NCBI RefSeq assembly: GCF_044704955.1 | Contig: NC_091995.1 | Location: forward strand, 17,732,001 to 17,796,000 | DNA: 64,000 nt | Source of the DNA: Pristiophorus japonicus | Taxonomy: Eukaryota | Reading direction: 5' to 3' | Part shown: piece by piece, positions 25,698-38,857 of the stretch | How the letters are laid out: every line of letters starts with the position of its first letter | Position numbering within the stretch: the stretch's first letter is position 1 | Position numbers and translations under genes: made by a program | The notes under the pieces: generated by a model | Databases searched by the model: none | What the model saw: only the letters and a program-made list of their open reading frames with translations | What the model was told of the DNA's origin: nothing

Positions 25698-26482
25698 AAA
25701 TAATGAAATACCCGCTCTATGTGATCAAATCCCCTTGCATGTTATTTTATTGGAGTCTTTAAAGTGCTTCTAAGTGAACAATTTAACATCTTCCTTAAAA
25801 TGACCTATACAATGATTACCTGTGAATGTGATAGGTTTCCTTGTGTTTTGTTATTTGTTCCCAAAACGTAAATTTAATGCCAAGGCATAATATCCGAATT
25901 TTAGGCAGTTGCTGTGGATTTTGGACTGTTGCTGTTGTTCTTCCACTTCATGACGCAAACGTCAAAGGAGGACCGACCTGACCACAGATTAGTAAGGAGA
26001 TCACTCACGCTTTCAGTTGCAATGTGCAGTATCGATTCAAGTTGATGAACGGTCCTTGTAGCTTAAGTTACGTGACTGCAAATTAAGAACCAGCACCATT
26101 CATCTTTGTGACTGAATAGCTTTCTAACTTCCAACACCTGGGACTCCAGTTACAGGTGTTGAACGCAGCTAGGTGTCTTTAATAGATGCGGCCTTTACCT
26201 CAAGTGCTTTTGCAGAATCTCATTGCTAGTGCACATCAGGCTGAAGGTATGGGGCTACGTGCAGATTAGCACACCCGACATGAACTTTAGTAACCTGTAG
26301 ATAAGCCTCATTCTGCAAAGAAAACACGTCAATGAAGAAATAGGGAAAAAAAACAGATAATTTCTTCTATAAATATTAAAAATTTTGAAAAGCAAACGCG
26401 ACCAACATTAAAAAAAAGATGATTTTGGACATTTCGATTAGATTGATGCTGGAAATTTCCAGGACATGAAAACTCTCAGGAA

Positions 26483-26785
26483 GATGTTTACGTAATTGAC
26501 CACCGACCATCCTGCTGAAGTAGCTGGTTCATGGTTTGACTGTTGTTCCACAGGTGGAGGGCTTCAGCTGCTCCAAAAGTGGCCATCTTCATCTCTGAGC
26601 CTGGACAACGATTGTTGGGGTGCTTTTCAACTTGGACCCCCCCCTGCCGAATATTATGTACCTATCAATATCAGCATATGACAGGTTGGGCCCAGTGTTT
26701 AATTCTGGCTCAAGTATTCCATTCCTTCGGCAGTACTTTGGTTCTGAACCTTTACTCCCATTTGTCACTGTGGACACATTTTGAC
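26483..26785 (-). pseudogene. Candidate decayed terminal cytoplasmic exon with ITIM-like motifs
   Basis: Acceptor cactttcaag|GT; the phase-1 frame is open for ~65 codons and includes LSYADI (26667-26684). A second motif, VNYVNI (26483-26500), lies in another frame beyond a G-run. Confidence 0.25.
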
Positions 26786-27579
26786 CTTGAAAGTGCTATA
26801 TTATTAAAAGTTTTTATTATTATTATTTGAAGCCACCACGTTACTTCTTGCAAGATAGAGGATGCTTACTGTATAATCATTCGCCAACTGGAAAGGGTGT
26901 TACCAGGCCCTCGCTTCAACAACAATGTAAGTCAAAAGAGCCTAATGGCGCCCACGTTAATATGTATTTGTATCTTTCTGTTTGGGTTGATAGTTCATAA
27001 CATCAGGCCGGAATTAATGCTGTTCGCCATAAACAAAATTGTTTGTGCTCTTGTTTGTGTTAATGCAAAGTGGAAGTCAACGCGTACGTGGCAATATAAC
27101 TCTAAAGTTTCCCAGGGCAATAACATCCTGATGTGTGAGACTCCATTTAGGCAGCCGTCTCTCGCTGCTTGGAGTTCTCAAAGAAGGCTTTACAAATTCA
27201 ACTTTAAGAAAGAAAGGTGGTGCATTTATATAGCGATTTCCAGGCTTCCTAAAATATCCTCATCCGTTGCTCTTGTCCAAATAGAGCGAAGGCACAAATT
27301 ATCTCTAGCTGAGAGGGTCGAAGTGGCTTTGTATAGCTATAGCAAAACATTCTTTCCTATCCTTTTAGATATAAAGGATAACATTTCGTTAGACTTTTTG
27401 ATTAATTTTTTACCTGGTCACTACATTTTAGTGATCTGTGTACATGGAGCCATAACTCTCTTTGGACCTCCACTTTTCCTAGCTTTTCACCGTTTAAAAA
27501 ATATTTTGTATCCTTCCTATATTGTTCCAAATTATAATTTAAATGGAGACAAATTGAAAAGTGATGCAGTACCGAGGGA

Positions 27580-28581
27580 TATAGAAACATAGAAATCTAC
27601 AGCGCAGAAGGAGGCCATTTCAGCCAATCCGCGCTGGTCGACAAAAAGCCACACGGCCCTCGATCAGTAGCGGTGAAGGTTACATATAAACCTATGAAAA
27701 ATGAACAATGGCAAAAATGTAAAGTGTATCCGGCCCAACCAGTTCACCCCACACAATTGTTCCACTCCTTGCACTGCAACATTCTACACTTCACACAACC
27801 GAAGCCATGCCATCTCCTGGGAGAGGAAGAAACAGCTAAAAACCTAGGCCAATTGGGGAAAATAAGCTTGGAAAAATTCCTCTCCGCCCCATCCTGGCGA
27901 TCGAAACTAGTTGACGAGATCACCCTGGCCGTATTCGATTCCCTGCAGTACTTACCATCGTATCTGCGCTAGCCAACAAGAGGTTATGCAGTCTAATCCC
28001 ACTTAGCAACTCTAGCTCCGTAACCCTGCAGGTTACGGCACATCAAGTGCCCAACCAAACACCTTTTAAATGTGGTGAGGGTTTCTGCATCCACCACCCT
28101 TCCAGGCATTGAGTTCCAAGCACCTATAACCCTGTGCGTGAAGAAGCTTCCCACAAATTCCCTCTGAACCTTCCACCAACCACAAAATTATCCCCCCTCA
28201 TAATTGACCCCTCCACCAAGGGAAATAGGCCCTTGCTATCTAATTTATCCAAGCCCCTCAAAATTTCAAACATTTCAACGAGGTCTCCTCTCAGCCTCCT
28301 CTGTTCCAATGAGAACAAACCCCACCTATCCAATATTTAATCATAGCTAAGATTCTCCATTCCAGGTAGCATCCTAATAAATCTCCTCTGCAGCCTTTCT
28401 CGTGCAGTCACGTCCTTCATATAATGAGGTGACCAGAACTGCATGCAGTACTCCAGGTGCAGCCTGACCACAGTATTATAAAAATTAAGCATAATCTCCC
28501 ATCTCTTGTATGCTATGCCTCCGTCAATAAAGGCAAGCATTCTTATCCACCTGGTTTGCTACTTTCAGGGATTCTGTGGAC
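27580..28581 (-). mobile_element. CR1/HER1-like LINE, 3' part of the element hosting the Tx1 pair
   Basis: ORF pieces LAFI..GI.YK....LNFYNTVVRLHLEYCMQFWSP and GLFSLEQRRLRGDL; tail near 27580. Colinear with 42951-44640 once the Tx1 pair is removed. Confidence 0.85.
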
Positions 28582-29543
28582 CAATGGTGGAGCTTTGGAG
28601 GCGTGGCCTATTCAGTTGGAGCTGTGCTGCTGTGAGAGAAGGAACTCCCTGCTTTGCTCCTGCCTGGAAGGCCTAGAGTGAACCCTGAGACCAGCCCAGG
28701 AAGAGGAGGAGGGGGCTGGCTTACTAAAATTCAACGTCCAGAGGGAGAGGAGGAGAGCAGAACATTTATCAACTACTTACTACTACAGAGAGTTGGAGAG
28801 AGGGGGAAAAGAACAACTTGAGAAAACACCATCCAGTGTGGAAGGAGGGAGAGCCATTTCTACAATTTTCGACAGGTGGGTGTGTTTTGGTGCATTCCCT
28901 GAAAGAATTTGTTGTATCAGTGGGGGGAGGAAAGAAGACCATTCGAGGGCCGAAACATCGTGGCGGGTGTGTGTGTGTGGAAGTGTGTGTGGGGGTCTTG
29001 CTTACTGCTAGGTCCCACACACCACTGAAGCACCCCTCCCCCATTGCCTAGCCTAGAATAGCTGAAGCTACCTGGCTCAAGTATTACTAATCACCCTATT
29101 TAACATCGTTGGGAGTGTGTGCCTGGGTGGCTCCAGCTACCCCAGGTAAAGACATCTTCTCCCCCCACCCGAAGACCATCGACAAGGACTGTGCCTTGAT
29201 TTTTTCCATCACCCTAGGAAAAACGCCCACCCATCGCTGTGAGGGGAGACCTGCCCTCGCAGCTTCCCTCTTTCCCACCCCCCCTCACTCTTTCTCACCC
29301 CACCTCTCTCTTTCTCTCTCTCTCTGTCTCTCCCCTCTCTCTCTGAGAGCCCTTTCCTCAAAATTTGGAAATAAGACAATTAAGACAACTGAGCAGAGGG
29401 AGCAAGGCCCCTCCCCATTCTTTAACTAGGGGAGAGGTGTGCCCCATTAAGAGATCCCTCTGTTCAAAACATCAACGAGGCCAATTAAAGACCATTAAGG
29501 CCTGTGACTTTGCGGTGAGTGTAGCCTTTAAAGGGACCCCGTG

Positions 29544-31621
29544 ATGGCGACCCCATCCAAGCCGGTGGCAGGGCCAGCTAAGACGTACGCGCAGGCGGCA
29601 TCCACATCCACGGCGCCTCCTGCTGCCCTGCCACCATTCAGACTCATAACAAAAAAACACGGGGTCAAGAGCTACACTCACCCCACAATGAGCATCGAGG
29701 AGTGCGTGCGGGCGATGGCTGGGATAGTCGGCCCCTCGGCCATTGTTGCGGCCTCCAAGATGTCTGGGAAGGCTGTATTCTTCCTGGGGTCGGAGCGGGC
29801 GGTGTCACTGGCCCTCGAAAAGGGGCTCACGGTAGGCGGGACGTTCCTGCCGGTGGACCCTCTCGAGGCCACCGCACAGAGGGTCATCCTTTCAAACGTC
29901 CCGTCCTTTGTTCCCGCTGAGCTCCTCCTCCCTCACCTACACCAACTGGGGGAGGTAAGGTTGGGTATCAACCCCATACCACTCGGCCTCAGGGAGAAAA
30001 GCCTGCGCCATGTGATCTCCTTCCGCCGCCAGCTCTTTGTCCGGCTGGCGCGGGAGGAGACGACGGAGGGCAATTTTAATGTGGTGCACGAGGGGACTGC
30101 CTACCGCGTCTTTTGGACGTCGGATGGTGTGCGGTGCCATGCCTACAGGGAGGTGGGGCACGTTCGCAAGAACTGCCCCCCCTCCAAGGCCACCAAACCA
30201 CCGAAGGCGGCCAAGGCTGGCACCGCCGCCACCCCTCCCCCTAGTAGCGTCCGCGTGCCGGGAGCCGTAGGTGCGCGGGCATCGTCGGGGGCCTTTGTTT
30301 TCACGGTCTCCGGCGGGGGGGAGGGAGAACGTCCGATCGGAAAGAAGGCGCAACATCTTGAGGCGGGTCACCTCAGTGCGCCAGAAAGTTTAACCACCGC
30401 GCTCAGCCCAACCCCGTCACCGGCGAGCGCGGGGCGCCCTGAGCCTGTGTCCGAGCCCTTGACCAATATCACAGAGGGGTTCGGGCGTGGGCAAGTTAAG
30501 AAAAAGGGGGGGGGGCGGAGCGGGAAGCCTCGGCAGACATGGAGGTCTCCCTGCCACCGTGCACCCCCAGGAACAAAAGGAGGCGCGCTCCAATGAGGCG
30601 GAGGGTGAGCAACATCCCTCCGCGGAGGAGTCGGTGCCCGCCGCATGTCCCGTGTCCCCCACCAGCGCCCCCAAACTGCGCCCTAGATGGGAGGAATCTG
30701 TCCCCGGGGAGGGAGGGGCAGTCGAGGCCGCCCAGCCTCTGCCTCCCGGGGATGGCGTGGAGGGTCTGCCTGTCATGGGGGGCGTGGGGCCAGCGGAGGA
30801 ACGCGTAGCCGCCGGGTCGAGCGTCCCGGGAACTGAGGCGGGCGGGGCCGAAAAGTCCGGACCTGAGCCCGCCCAGCCAATATCCAACTTCCCCCGGGAC
30901 ATGCTCGACTCGGCAGAAATACACAGTATTAACAATTTTAATGAATCTGTACACGCTGGGCCGGGGATTGGCGGTGGGGAGGGAGAAGAACACCAACCCT
31001 CACCCCCTACTTTGGAGCTGGGGTACTTGGAGGACCTGGAGAATTTCCTAAACCAGGTCTCTCCGAGCTCCCCGGTTCCTGGGGTGGAGGGGGAACCACT
31101 TCCGCTGTCTCTTCCTGACCCAGCACCGCTTTTAAAAGAGCCCAGTGGGGACTCCTCTGTCAACGATCCCGGGGGGTGGGATCGGGGCAGAGCCAGGGCC
31201 AGATGGAGCGGCCGGGCCATTTGCCGTACCTCGTGCGGTCGACGGGCCGGCTGCTGCCGGCGACCTCCTGGAGGGGGACGAGGACTCGGTGGGGGACTCG
31301 GGAGAAGATCTCGAGTCCATCGCCAGTGAGGCGGTGGATCTCCTCGTGCCCGCCGCTGAGTCCCCCCTCATTCCCGTCAAGGAGCTCCGCGACTTTTTAG
31401 CCCAGAGCCAGGGTCGCCGCAACTGAGCCCATCTGGCCCTGGAAAGATGGTCCGAGCCGGGGCTGCTCGTCGCGTCCATCCGCGCCGCCGCTAAAACCAT
31501 GGCCGCGGGTGAGCCCTTATCAAAGGCGCAAGGCCTTGAGCTGTGCCGGCTCAAAAGGTTCCTTGCTGGGCTGCTGAAGGAGTGGTGGTCAACAAACGAC
31601 TCCACTACCCCCCCACCATAG
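29544..31621 (+). pseudogene. Tx1 copy 1 ORF1 (gag-like zinc knuckle plus low-complexity acidic/Pro region), frameshifted
   Basis: MATPSKP...KKHGVKS...IVAASKMSGKAVFFL...VILSNVP...CHAYREVGHVRKNCP (knuckle intact as CHACREVGHVRKNC in copy 2). Frameshifts at G-runs near 30510 and 31175, stop near 31424. Confidence 0.85.
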
Positions 31622-31651
31622 GTTAGGTAGTGGCTGCACTATGCTTTTGTC

Positions 31652-34600
31652 ATGAAGATAACCATAGCCAGCCTCAACATCAACGGCGGCAGAGAGGCAC
31701 ACCGTAGATTTAACAATTTTTCGCTCCTGCGGGAGGGGAAATATCCGGTGTGCTTCCTGCAAGAAACCCACACCGTTCCGGGAGAAGAAGCCACGTGGCT
31801 CCTGGAATGGCAAGGAGATGTCCGCATGAGCCACCTCACTACCACTTCTTGTGGGGTGGCCATCTTGTTGGCCCCGCATTTTCAGCCAGAGATCTTGGGG
31901 GTCGAGGAGCCCGTGCCAGGCCGCTTGCTGCACGTCACAGTTTGCCTGGGGGACATGCAGCTCCATCTCGTGAGCGTATACGCCCCTCAGCCCGGCCCGC
32001 AGCAAACACGCTTCTTCGAAGAAGTGTCCGCTCTTCTTGGCTCTGTAGACGTCGGCGACTGCATTGTCCTCGGGGGGGATTTTAACTGCACCCTCGAGGC
32101 GAGGGACCGCTCCGGTGCCCCGCAGAGCATGACGGCGATGGAGAAGTTGAGGGACCTGGTCGGGTCCTTCGACTTGGTGGACGTCTGGCGAAATCTCCAT
32201 CCCGACTCCAGCGCCTTTACTTGGGTGAGGCCTGGAGTAGGATGGTCCAGAGTCGACCGCCTTTACGTGTCACGGGCGTACATTTCCTGCATCCCGGCGG
32301 CCTCCATGCGGCCGGTGCCATGTCCGGACCACCACCTGGTATGGGCGGAGCTCACTTCGCTCCGCCCGAGGACGGGGTCCACGTACTGGCATTTTAACAA
32401 CCAGCTGCTGGAGGACGTGCGGTTTCAGGACTCGTTCCGTCGTTTCTGGGCCGACTGGAGAAGGAAGCAAGGGGGCTTCCCCTCCTTGAGGCTATGGTGG
32501 GACGTGGGCAAGGCTCACGTCTGCGTCTTCTGTCAAGAGTACGCGAGGGGGTCGACCAAGATGCGGGCGGCCAGGGTCGGGCGCCTAGAAAAAGAGGTGC
32601 TCGAACTGGAGTCCCGTCTCGGTCAAGTCATCGAGGACCCGGCCCTGCGGACGGTGTATGAAGCGAAGAAGGCCGCGCTGAAGGACCTGCAGCTCGTCGG
32701 GTCCCGAGGCGCGTTCGTGAGGTCGCGGATCCAGTTCCTGCGGGATCTGGACCGCGGCTCTCCCATCTTCTACTCGCTGGAAAAAAGACAGAGTGTCCGT
32801 AAGCAGCTCTTGACGCTGCTGGCCGACGACGGCTCTCTCGTCTCGGATTCGGAGGGCATCAACAACAGGGCCCGTGAATATTACGGGGCCCTGTTCTCTC
32901 CGGAGCAGTCCATCGAGGTAGAGTTTTGTGTGAGGACCTGCCGAAGGTCGGCCCGGAGGGCACTGGAAATCTGGAAGCTCCGCTGAGCCTGGCGGAGCTG
33001 ACTGGCGCCCTCGCCCGGCTCTTGAGGGGAAAAGCCCCGGGGCTGGGCGGGCTGACCGTGGAGTTCCACAGGGCATTCTGGGATGTCCCGGGGAGCGACT
33101 ATGCGCGGGTCCTGGGGGAAAGTCTGGCGACCGGGGAGATGCCCCTCTCTTGTTGCAGGGCAGTCATCATCCTGCTGCCTAAGAAGGGCGATCTCCGCCT
33201 CCTTAAGAACTGGCGCCCGGTCTCCCTCCTCAGCATGGACTACAAAATCTTCGCCAGGGCGATGTCTGTTCGCCTTGGCGCCGTGCTGGACCACATTATC
33301 CACCACGACCAGTCCTACACAGTCCTGGACCGGACAATCCACGATAACATCCATCTGGTCCGGGACCTCATCCATCATTCCCAGGAGGCTGGTCTGTCGG
33401 TCGCCTTCCTATCTCTCGACCAAGAGAAGGCGTTCGACAGGGTGGATCACGACTATCTGTTCGGAACTCTGCACGCTTTCGGGTTCGGAACGCATTTTAT
33501 CGTCCGGATCCGACTTTTGTACGCCGCCGCGGAGTGTCTGTTAAAGGTTAACGGGTCCTTGACAGCGCCCCTTCGCTTTGGGAGAGGGGTGCGCCAGGGA
33601 TGCCCCATGTCCTGCCAGTTATATGCTATCTGCGTGGAGCCTTTCCTGCGCCTCCTGCAGACGAGGTTGACGGGACTGGCTCTGCAAGGGCCGGGCGTGG
33701 AGGTCGTCCTCTCGGCTTACGCCGATGACGTGCTCCTCACGATAGAGGATCCCGCTGACCTGCAGAGGATGCGTGAGTGCCAGGAGATTTACTTGGCCGC
33801 ATCCTCCGCCAGGATCAACTGGAAGAAATGTTACAGACTCCTGGTGGGTCAGTGGCGGGTGGACTCCCTGCCGGAGGAGCTCAGGCCTTTTGCCTGGAGC
33901 ACGACCCATCTCCTCTATCTGGGAGTCTACCTTAGCCCCGACGAGGAAGCCTGGCCGGCAAACTGGTAAGAGCTGGAGGCCAAGGTCGCCGCTCGCCTAG
34001 GGCGCTGGACAGGACTGCTCTGAGTGCTGTCCTACAGGGGTCGAGCACGAGTCATAAACCAGCTGCTGGCCGCCATGTTGTGGTACCGGCTGTTCACTTT
34101 GATCCCTCCCCCTGCGTTTGTCACCAAGATACAGAAGAAGCTGGTGGACTTCTTCTGGAACAACAGAAAGCACTGGGTCTCTGCCGCGGTCTTGAGTCTC
34201 GCGCTTGGGGAGGGCGGTCAGTCGTTGGTGTGCGTCAGCACCCAGCTCACGACTTTCCATCTTCAGACCCTGCAGAACCTTTACGTCGAGCCCCCTCCTA
34301 GGTGGCGTGCTCTGGCGACGTATTTCTTCAGCCTGCAGCACGGCCTGAACTACGACACGCAGCTCCTGTTTTTGAGCTTGGGGGGGCATCAGGACCACCT
34401 TCCAGGGGCTGCCTGTCTTTTACAAGGAACTCACCAGGGTCTGGAACAAAGTCTCCACCAAGCGCAGCTCTCCACCGGCTGGAGTGGCGGCTGTCCTGCA
34501 GGAGCCGCTGCTCGGGAATCCATACCTCCATGACCGAGGTTTTAGATGGCGGTCGGACGAGAGGGCTGTGGCTGGTGAGGTGACCAGGGTCAGGGACCTG

Positions 34601-35542
34601 CTCGATGGTGGAGGAGCGGGCTGGATGGCGCCAGACACGCTGGCGCGGCGCCTAAATTCCACCAATGTCCGCCGCGCGGCCGATGCCATCGAGTCGCTAA
34701 AAACAGCTCTGGGCCCTGACTCCGTTAGGTGCATCGAGGAGGCTCAAGCACGTGGGGAGATCCCGTCTGAACTTACCCCCGTCCGGATGGAATTCCTCAT
34801 CGGCGCCAAACCCCGGAACCTCCCTCGGGAGCCGGCGCCTCACAACTTGAGCCACCTCGAGGAAATCCCCTCCGTGCCTTTCAGTTCCGCGCGGAGGGGT
34901 TTCTTGTACTGGCTGCTCCTGCACACTCTCAACTTTGCCATCCTCGCCTGCCATCCGGACACGCCATGGCATACCATCTTGCCGTCCGGAGAAGTCGGGG
35001 GTCCCCGATGGAGGGCACTCTACCCGGGAGTCCTCCCAGTATTTATCGGGGACTTGGCCTGGAGGGTGGTGCACGGAGCAGTCCCGTGCAATAAATTTTT
35101 AAGCCGGTTCACGGGCTCCTAGGCCGCCTGCAATTTCTGCAGTCTGGAAGAGTCCGTGTTCCATGTTTTTATGGAATGCACGAGGTTGCAGCCCCTGTTT
35201 TATTATTTAAAGGGGCTGCTCCTGAAATTCTGGCTGCACTTCAGTCCCACACTCCTGATCTTTGGACACCCTGTGCGGAGGGGAGCGGGTAGGTCCGAGG
35301 GCCTCCACGTAGGACTGCTCCTGGGCACGGCCAAGGGTGCCATCAGCCGATCCAGGCAGCGGGCGGTCGAGAGGGTCGTTCAACCTGACTGCCTGCCTCT
35401 CTTCCGTGCGTACATCCGTGCCAGGGTGTCCTTGGAGTTGGAGCACGTGATGTCCACCGGTACGCTGGCGGCCTTCCGCGAGAGGTGGGCACCAGAGGGT
35501 CTGGAGTGCATCGTCACGCCCGGCAACCAAATTTTTATTTGA
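31652..35542 (+). pseudogene. Tx1 copy 1 ORF2 (APE endonuclease-RT-zinc finger), disrupted
   Basis: Motifs SLNING, FLQETH, GGDFN, RVDRLY, PDHH; RT motifs KNWRPVSLL, LDQEKAFDRV, GVRQGCPMS, AYADD, YLGV; then LSYRGR.LVINQL and CxxC...HVFMEC. Several frameshifts and stops. Confidence 0.93.
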
Positions 35543-36731
35543 TGTTATGTTTTAAAGTTTAATTTGTTTTAATTGCCGGTGTTTTTAGTGTCCCCTCCAC
35601 TTTTATAGGGTGCACTTGGAAAAAAAAAGATTTTAATGCCCCCAAAAAAACTTTAAAAAACCCCAAAAAAACAAAAACAAAAATAAAAGGGCCTTGGAAA
35701 TGTTTGGTGCGCCCCCCCAGATCGATTTTATGATTTAATGTTTTAATTTTCTCACAAAAAGAGTTCTGTGGACCAATGGTGGAGCTTTGGAGGCGTGGCC
35801 TATTCAGTTGGAGCTGTGCTGCTGTGAGAGAAGGAACTCCCGGCTTTGCTCCTGCCTGGAAGGCCTAGAGTGAACCCTGAGACCAGCGCAGGAAGAGGAG
35901 GAGGGGGCTGGCTTACTACAATTCAACGACCAGAGGGAGAGGAGGAGAGCAGAACATTTATCAACTACTTACTACTACAGAGAGTTGGAGAGAGGGGGAA
36001 AAGAACAACTTGAGAAAACACCATCCAGTGTGGAAGGAGGGAGAGCCATTTCTACAATCTTCGACAGATGGGTGTGTTTTGGTGCATTCCCCGAAAGACT
36101 TTGTTGTATCGGTGCGGGGAGGAAAGAAGACCATTCGAGGGCCGGAACATCGCGGCGGATGTGTGTGTGTGGAAGTGTGTGTGGGGGTCTTGCTTACAGC
36201 TAGGCCCCATACACCACTGAAGCACCCCTCCCCCATTGCCTAGCCTGGGATAGCTGGAGCTACCTGGCTGAAGATTTACTAATCACCCTATTAAACATCG
36301 TTGGGAGTGTGTGCCTGGGTGGCTCCAGCTGTCCCAGGTGAAGACATCTTCTCCTCCCACCCGAAGACCATCCCATAAGACTGTGCCTTGCTTTGTTTTC
36401 CATCATCTAGGGAGTGCGCCCCTGAAAAATACCCACCCATCGCTTTGAGGGGAGACCTGCCCTCACAGCTTCCCTCTTTCCCACCCCCCCCCTTTCTCTC
36501 TCGCTGTCACTTTCTCTGTCTCTCCCCTCTCTCTGAGAGCTCCTTTCCTCCTTAATTGGAAAAGCAATTAAGACAATTCAGCAGAGGGAGCAAGGCCCCT
36601 CCCCAATTGTCAACTAAGGGAGAGGTGTACCTCATTGAGAGCTCCTCTGCTCATAAATTCAAACGAGGCCAATTTAAGAACATTAAGGCCTGTGACTCTG
36701 GGGTGGGTGTACCCCTTAAAGGGACCCCGTG

Positions 36732-38827
36732 ATGGCGACTCCATCCACGCCGCTGGCAGGGCCAGCTAAGACTTATGCGCAGGCGGTGTCTGCATCCACG
36801 GCTCCTCCTGCGTCAACTGCTGCCCTGCCACCGTTCAGACTAATTGCTAAGAAAAACGGGGTCAAGAGCTACACTCACCCCACAATGAGCATCAAGGAGT
36901 GCGTGCGGGCGATGGCTGGGGTAGTCGGCTCCTCGGCCATTGTCGCAGCCTCCAAGTTGTCTGGGAAGGCTGTATTCTTCTTGGGGTTGGAGCGGGCGGT
37001 GACCCTGGCCCTTGAAAAGGGGCTCACGGTGGGCTGAACGTTCCTGCCGGTGGACCCTCTCGAGGCCACCGCGCAGAGGGTCATCCTTTCAAACGTCCCG
37101 CCCTTTGTTCCCGCTGAGCTCCTCCTCCCTCACCTACACCAACTGGGGGAGGTAAGGTCAGGGATCAACCCCATACCGCTCGGCCTCAGTGAGAGCAGCC
37201 TGCGCCATGTGTTCACCATCCGCCGCCAGCTCTTTGTCCGGCTGGCGTGGGAGGAGACAACAGAGGGATCATTTAATCTGGTGCACGAGGGGACTGCCTA
37301 CCGCATCTTCTGGACGTCGGACGGCGTGCGGTGCCATGCCTGTAGGGAGGTGGGGCACGTTCGCAAGAACTGCCCCGCCTCCAAGGCTGCCAAACCACCG
37401 AAGGTGGCCAAGGCTGCGCCGCTGCCACCCCTCCCCCTAGTAGCGTCCGTGTGCCGGGAGCCGTAGGTGCGCGGGCATCGTCAGGGGCCTTTGTTTTCAC
37501 GGCCTCTGGCGGTGGGGAGGGAGAGCGTCCGATCGGAAAGAAGGCGCGGAGGAAGGCAAAACATCTCGAGGCGGGTCCCCTCAGTGCGCCAGAAAGTTTG
37601 ACCACCGCGCTCAGCCCAACCCAGTCATCGGCGAGCGTGGGGTGCCCTGAGCCCGTGCCCAAGCCCTTGATCAATACGGCAGAGGGGCTCGGGCGCGGGC
37701 CAGATAAGATAACGGGGGAGGCGGAGCGGGAGGCCTCGGCAGACATGGAGGTCTCCCTGCATCCACGCCCCCCCAGGAACAAAAGGAGGCGCCACTCCAA
37801 TGAGACGGAGGGGGAATAACATCCCTCCGCGGAGGAGTCGGTGCCTGCTGCGTGTCCCGCGTCCCCCACCAGTGCCCCCAAACTGCGCCCTAGATGGGAG
37901 GAATCTGTGCCCGTGGAGGGAGGGGCAGTCGAGGCTGCCCAGCCTCTGCCTCCCGGGGATGGCGTGGGGGATCTGCCTGTCATGTGGGGCGTGGAGCCAG
38001 CGGAGGAATACGATGCTGCCGGGTCGAGCGTCCCGGGGACTGAGGCGGGCTGGGCCGAAAAGGCCGAACCTGAGCCCGCCCAGAAAATATCCAACCTCCC
38101 CCGGCACTTGCTCGACTCAGCAGAAATACACAGTATTAACAATTTTAATGAATCTGTACACGCTGGGCCGGGGGGTGGCGGCGGGGAGGGAAAGAACACC
38201 AAACTTCGCCCCCTACTTTGGAGCTGGGGTACTTGGAGGACCTGGAGAATTTCCTAAACCTATTCTCTCCGAGTTCCCTGGTTCATGGGGCGGAGTAGGA
38301 ACCCCTTCCGCTGTCAATTCCTGATCCAGCACCGCTTTTAAAAGAGCCCAGTGGGGACTCCTCTGTCGATGATCCTGGGGGTGGGATCGGGGCAGAGCCA
38401 GGGCCAGATGGAGCGGTCGGGCCGTTTGCCATACCTCGTCTGGTTGACGGGCCGGCTGCTGGCGGCGACCTCCCGGAAGGTGACGGGGACTCGGTTGGGG
38501 ACTCGGGAGAAGATCTCGAGTCCATCGCCAGTGAGGCAGTGGATCTCCTCGTGCCCGCCGCTGAGTCCCCCCCTCATTCCTGTAGAGGAGCTCCGGGACT
38601 TTTTGGCCCAGAGCCAGGGTCGCCGCAACCGAGCACATCTGGCCGTGGAAAGATGGTCCGAGCCAGGGCTGCTCATCGCGTCCGTCCACGCCGCCGCTAA
38701 AACTATGGCCGTGGGTGGGCCCTTATCAAAGGCGCAAGGCCTTGAGCTGCGCCGGCTCAATAGGTTTCTCGCTGGGCTGCTGAAGGAGTGGAGGTCAACA
38801 AACGACTCCACTCTCCCCCCACAATAG
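36732..38827 (+). pseudogene. Tx1 copy 2 ORF1, disrupted
   Basis: ORF-track pieces 36729..37037, 37050..37466 (CHACREVGHVRKNCP), 37451..37819, 37841..38257 and 38351..38827. Confidence 0.85.
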
Positions 38828-38857
38828 GTTAGGTAGAGGTTGCACTATGCTTTTGTC

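Larger units (their letters stand above)
28582..35763 (+). mobile_element. Full-length Tx1-clade non-LTR retrotransposon, copy 1 (7182 bp, defective)
   Basis: ~960-nt 5' UTR, ORF1, ORF2 (APE endonuclease, RT, C-terminal CCHC) and 3' UTR ending AAAAGAG. Flanked by TTCTGTGGAC at 28572-28581 and 35764-35773. GC- and CpG-rich relative to the flanks. Confidence 0.95.

Noticed and set aside
26897-27592. 231-aa plus-strand ORF with hydrophobic stretches
   Set aside because: Starts at GTG, has no family motif, and its distal half runs through decayed CR1 sequence.
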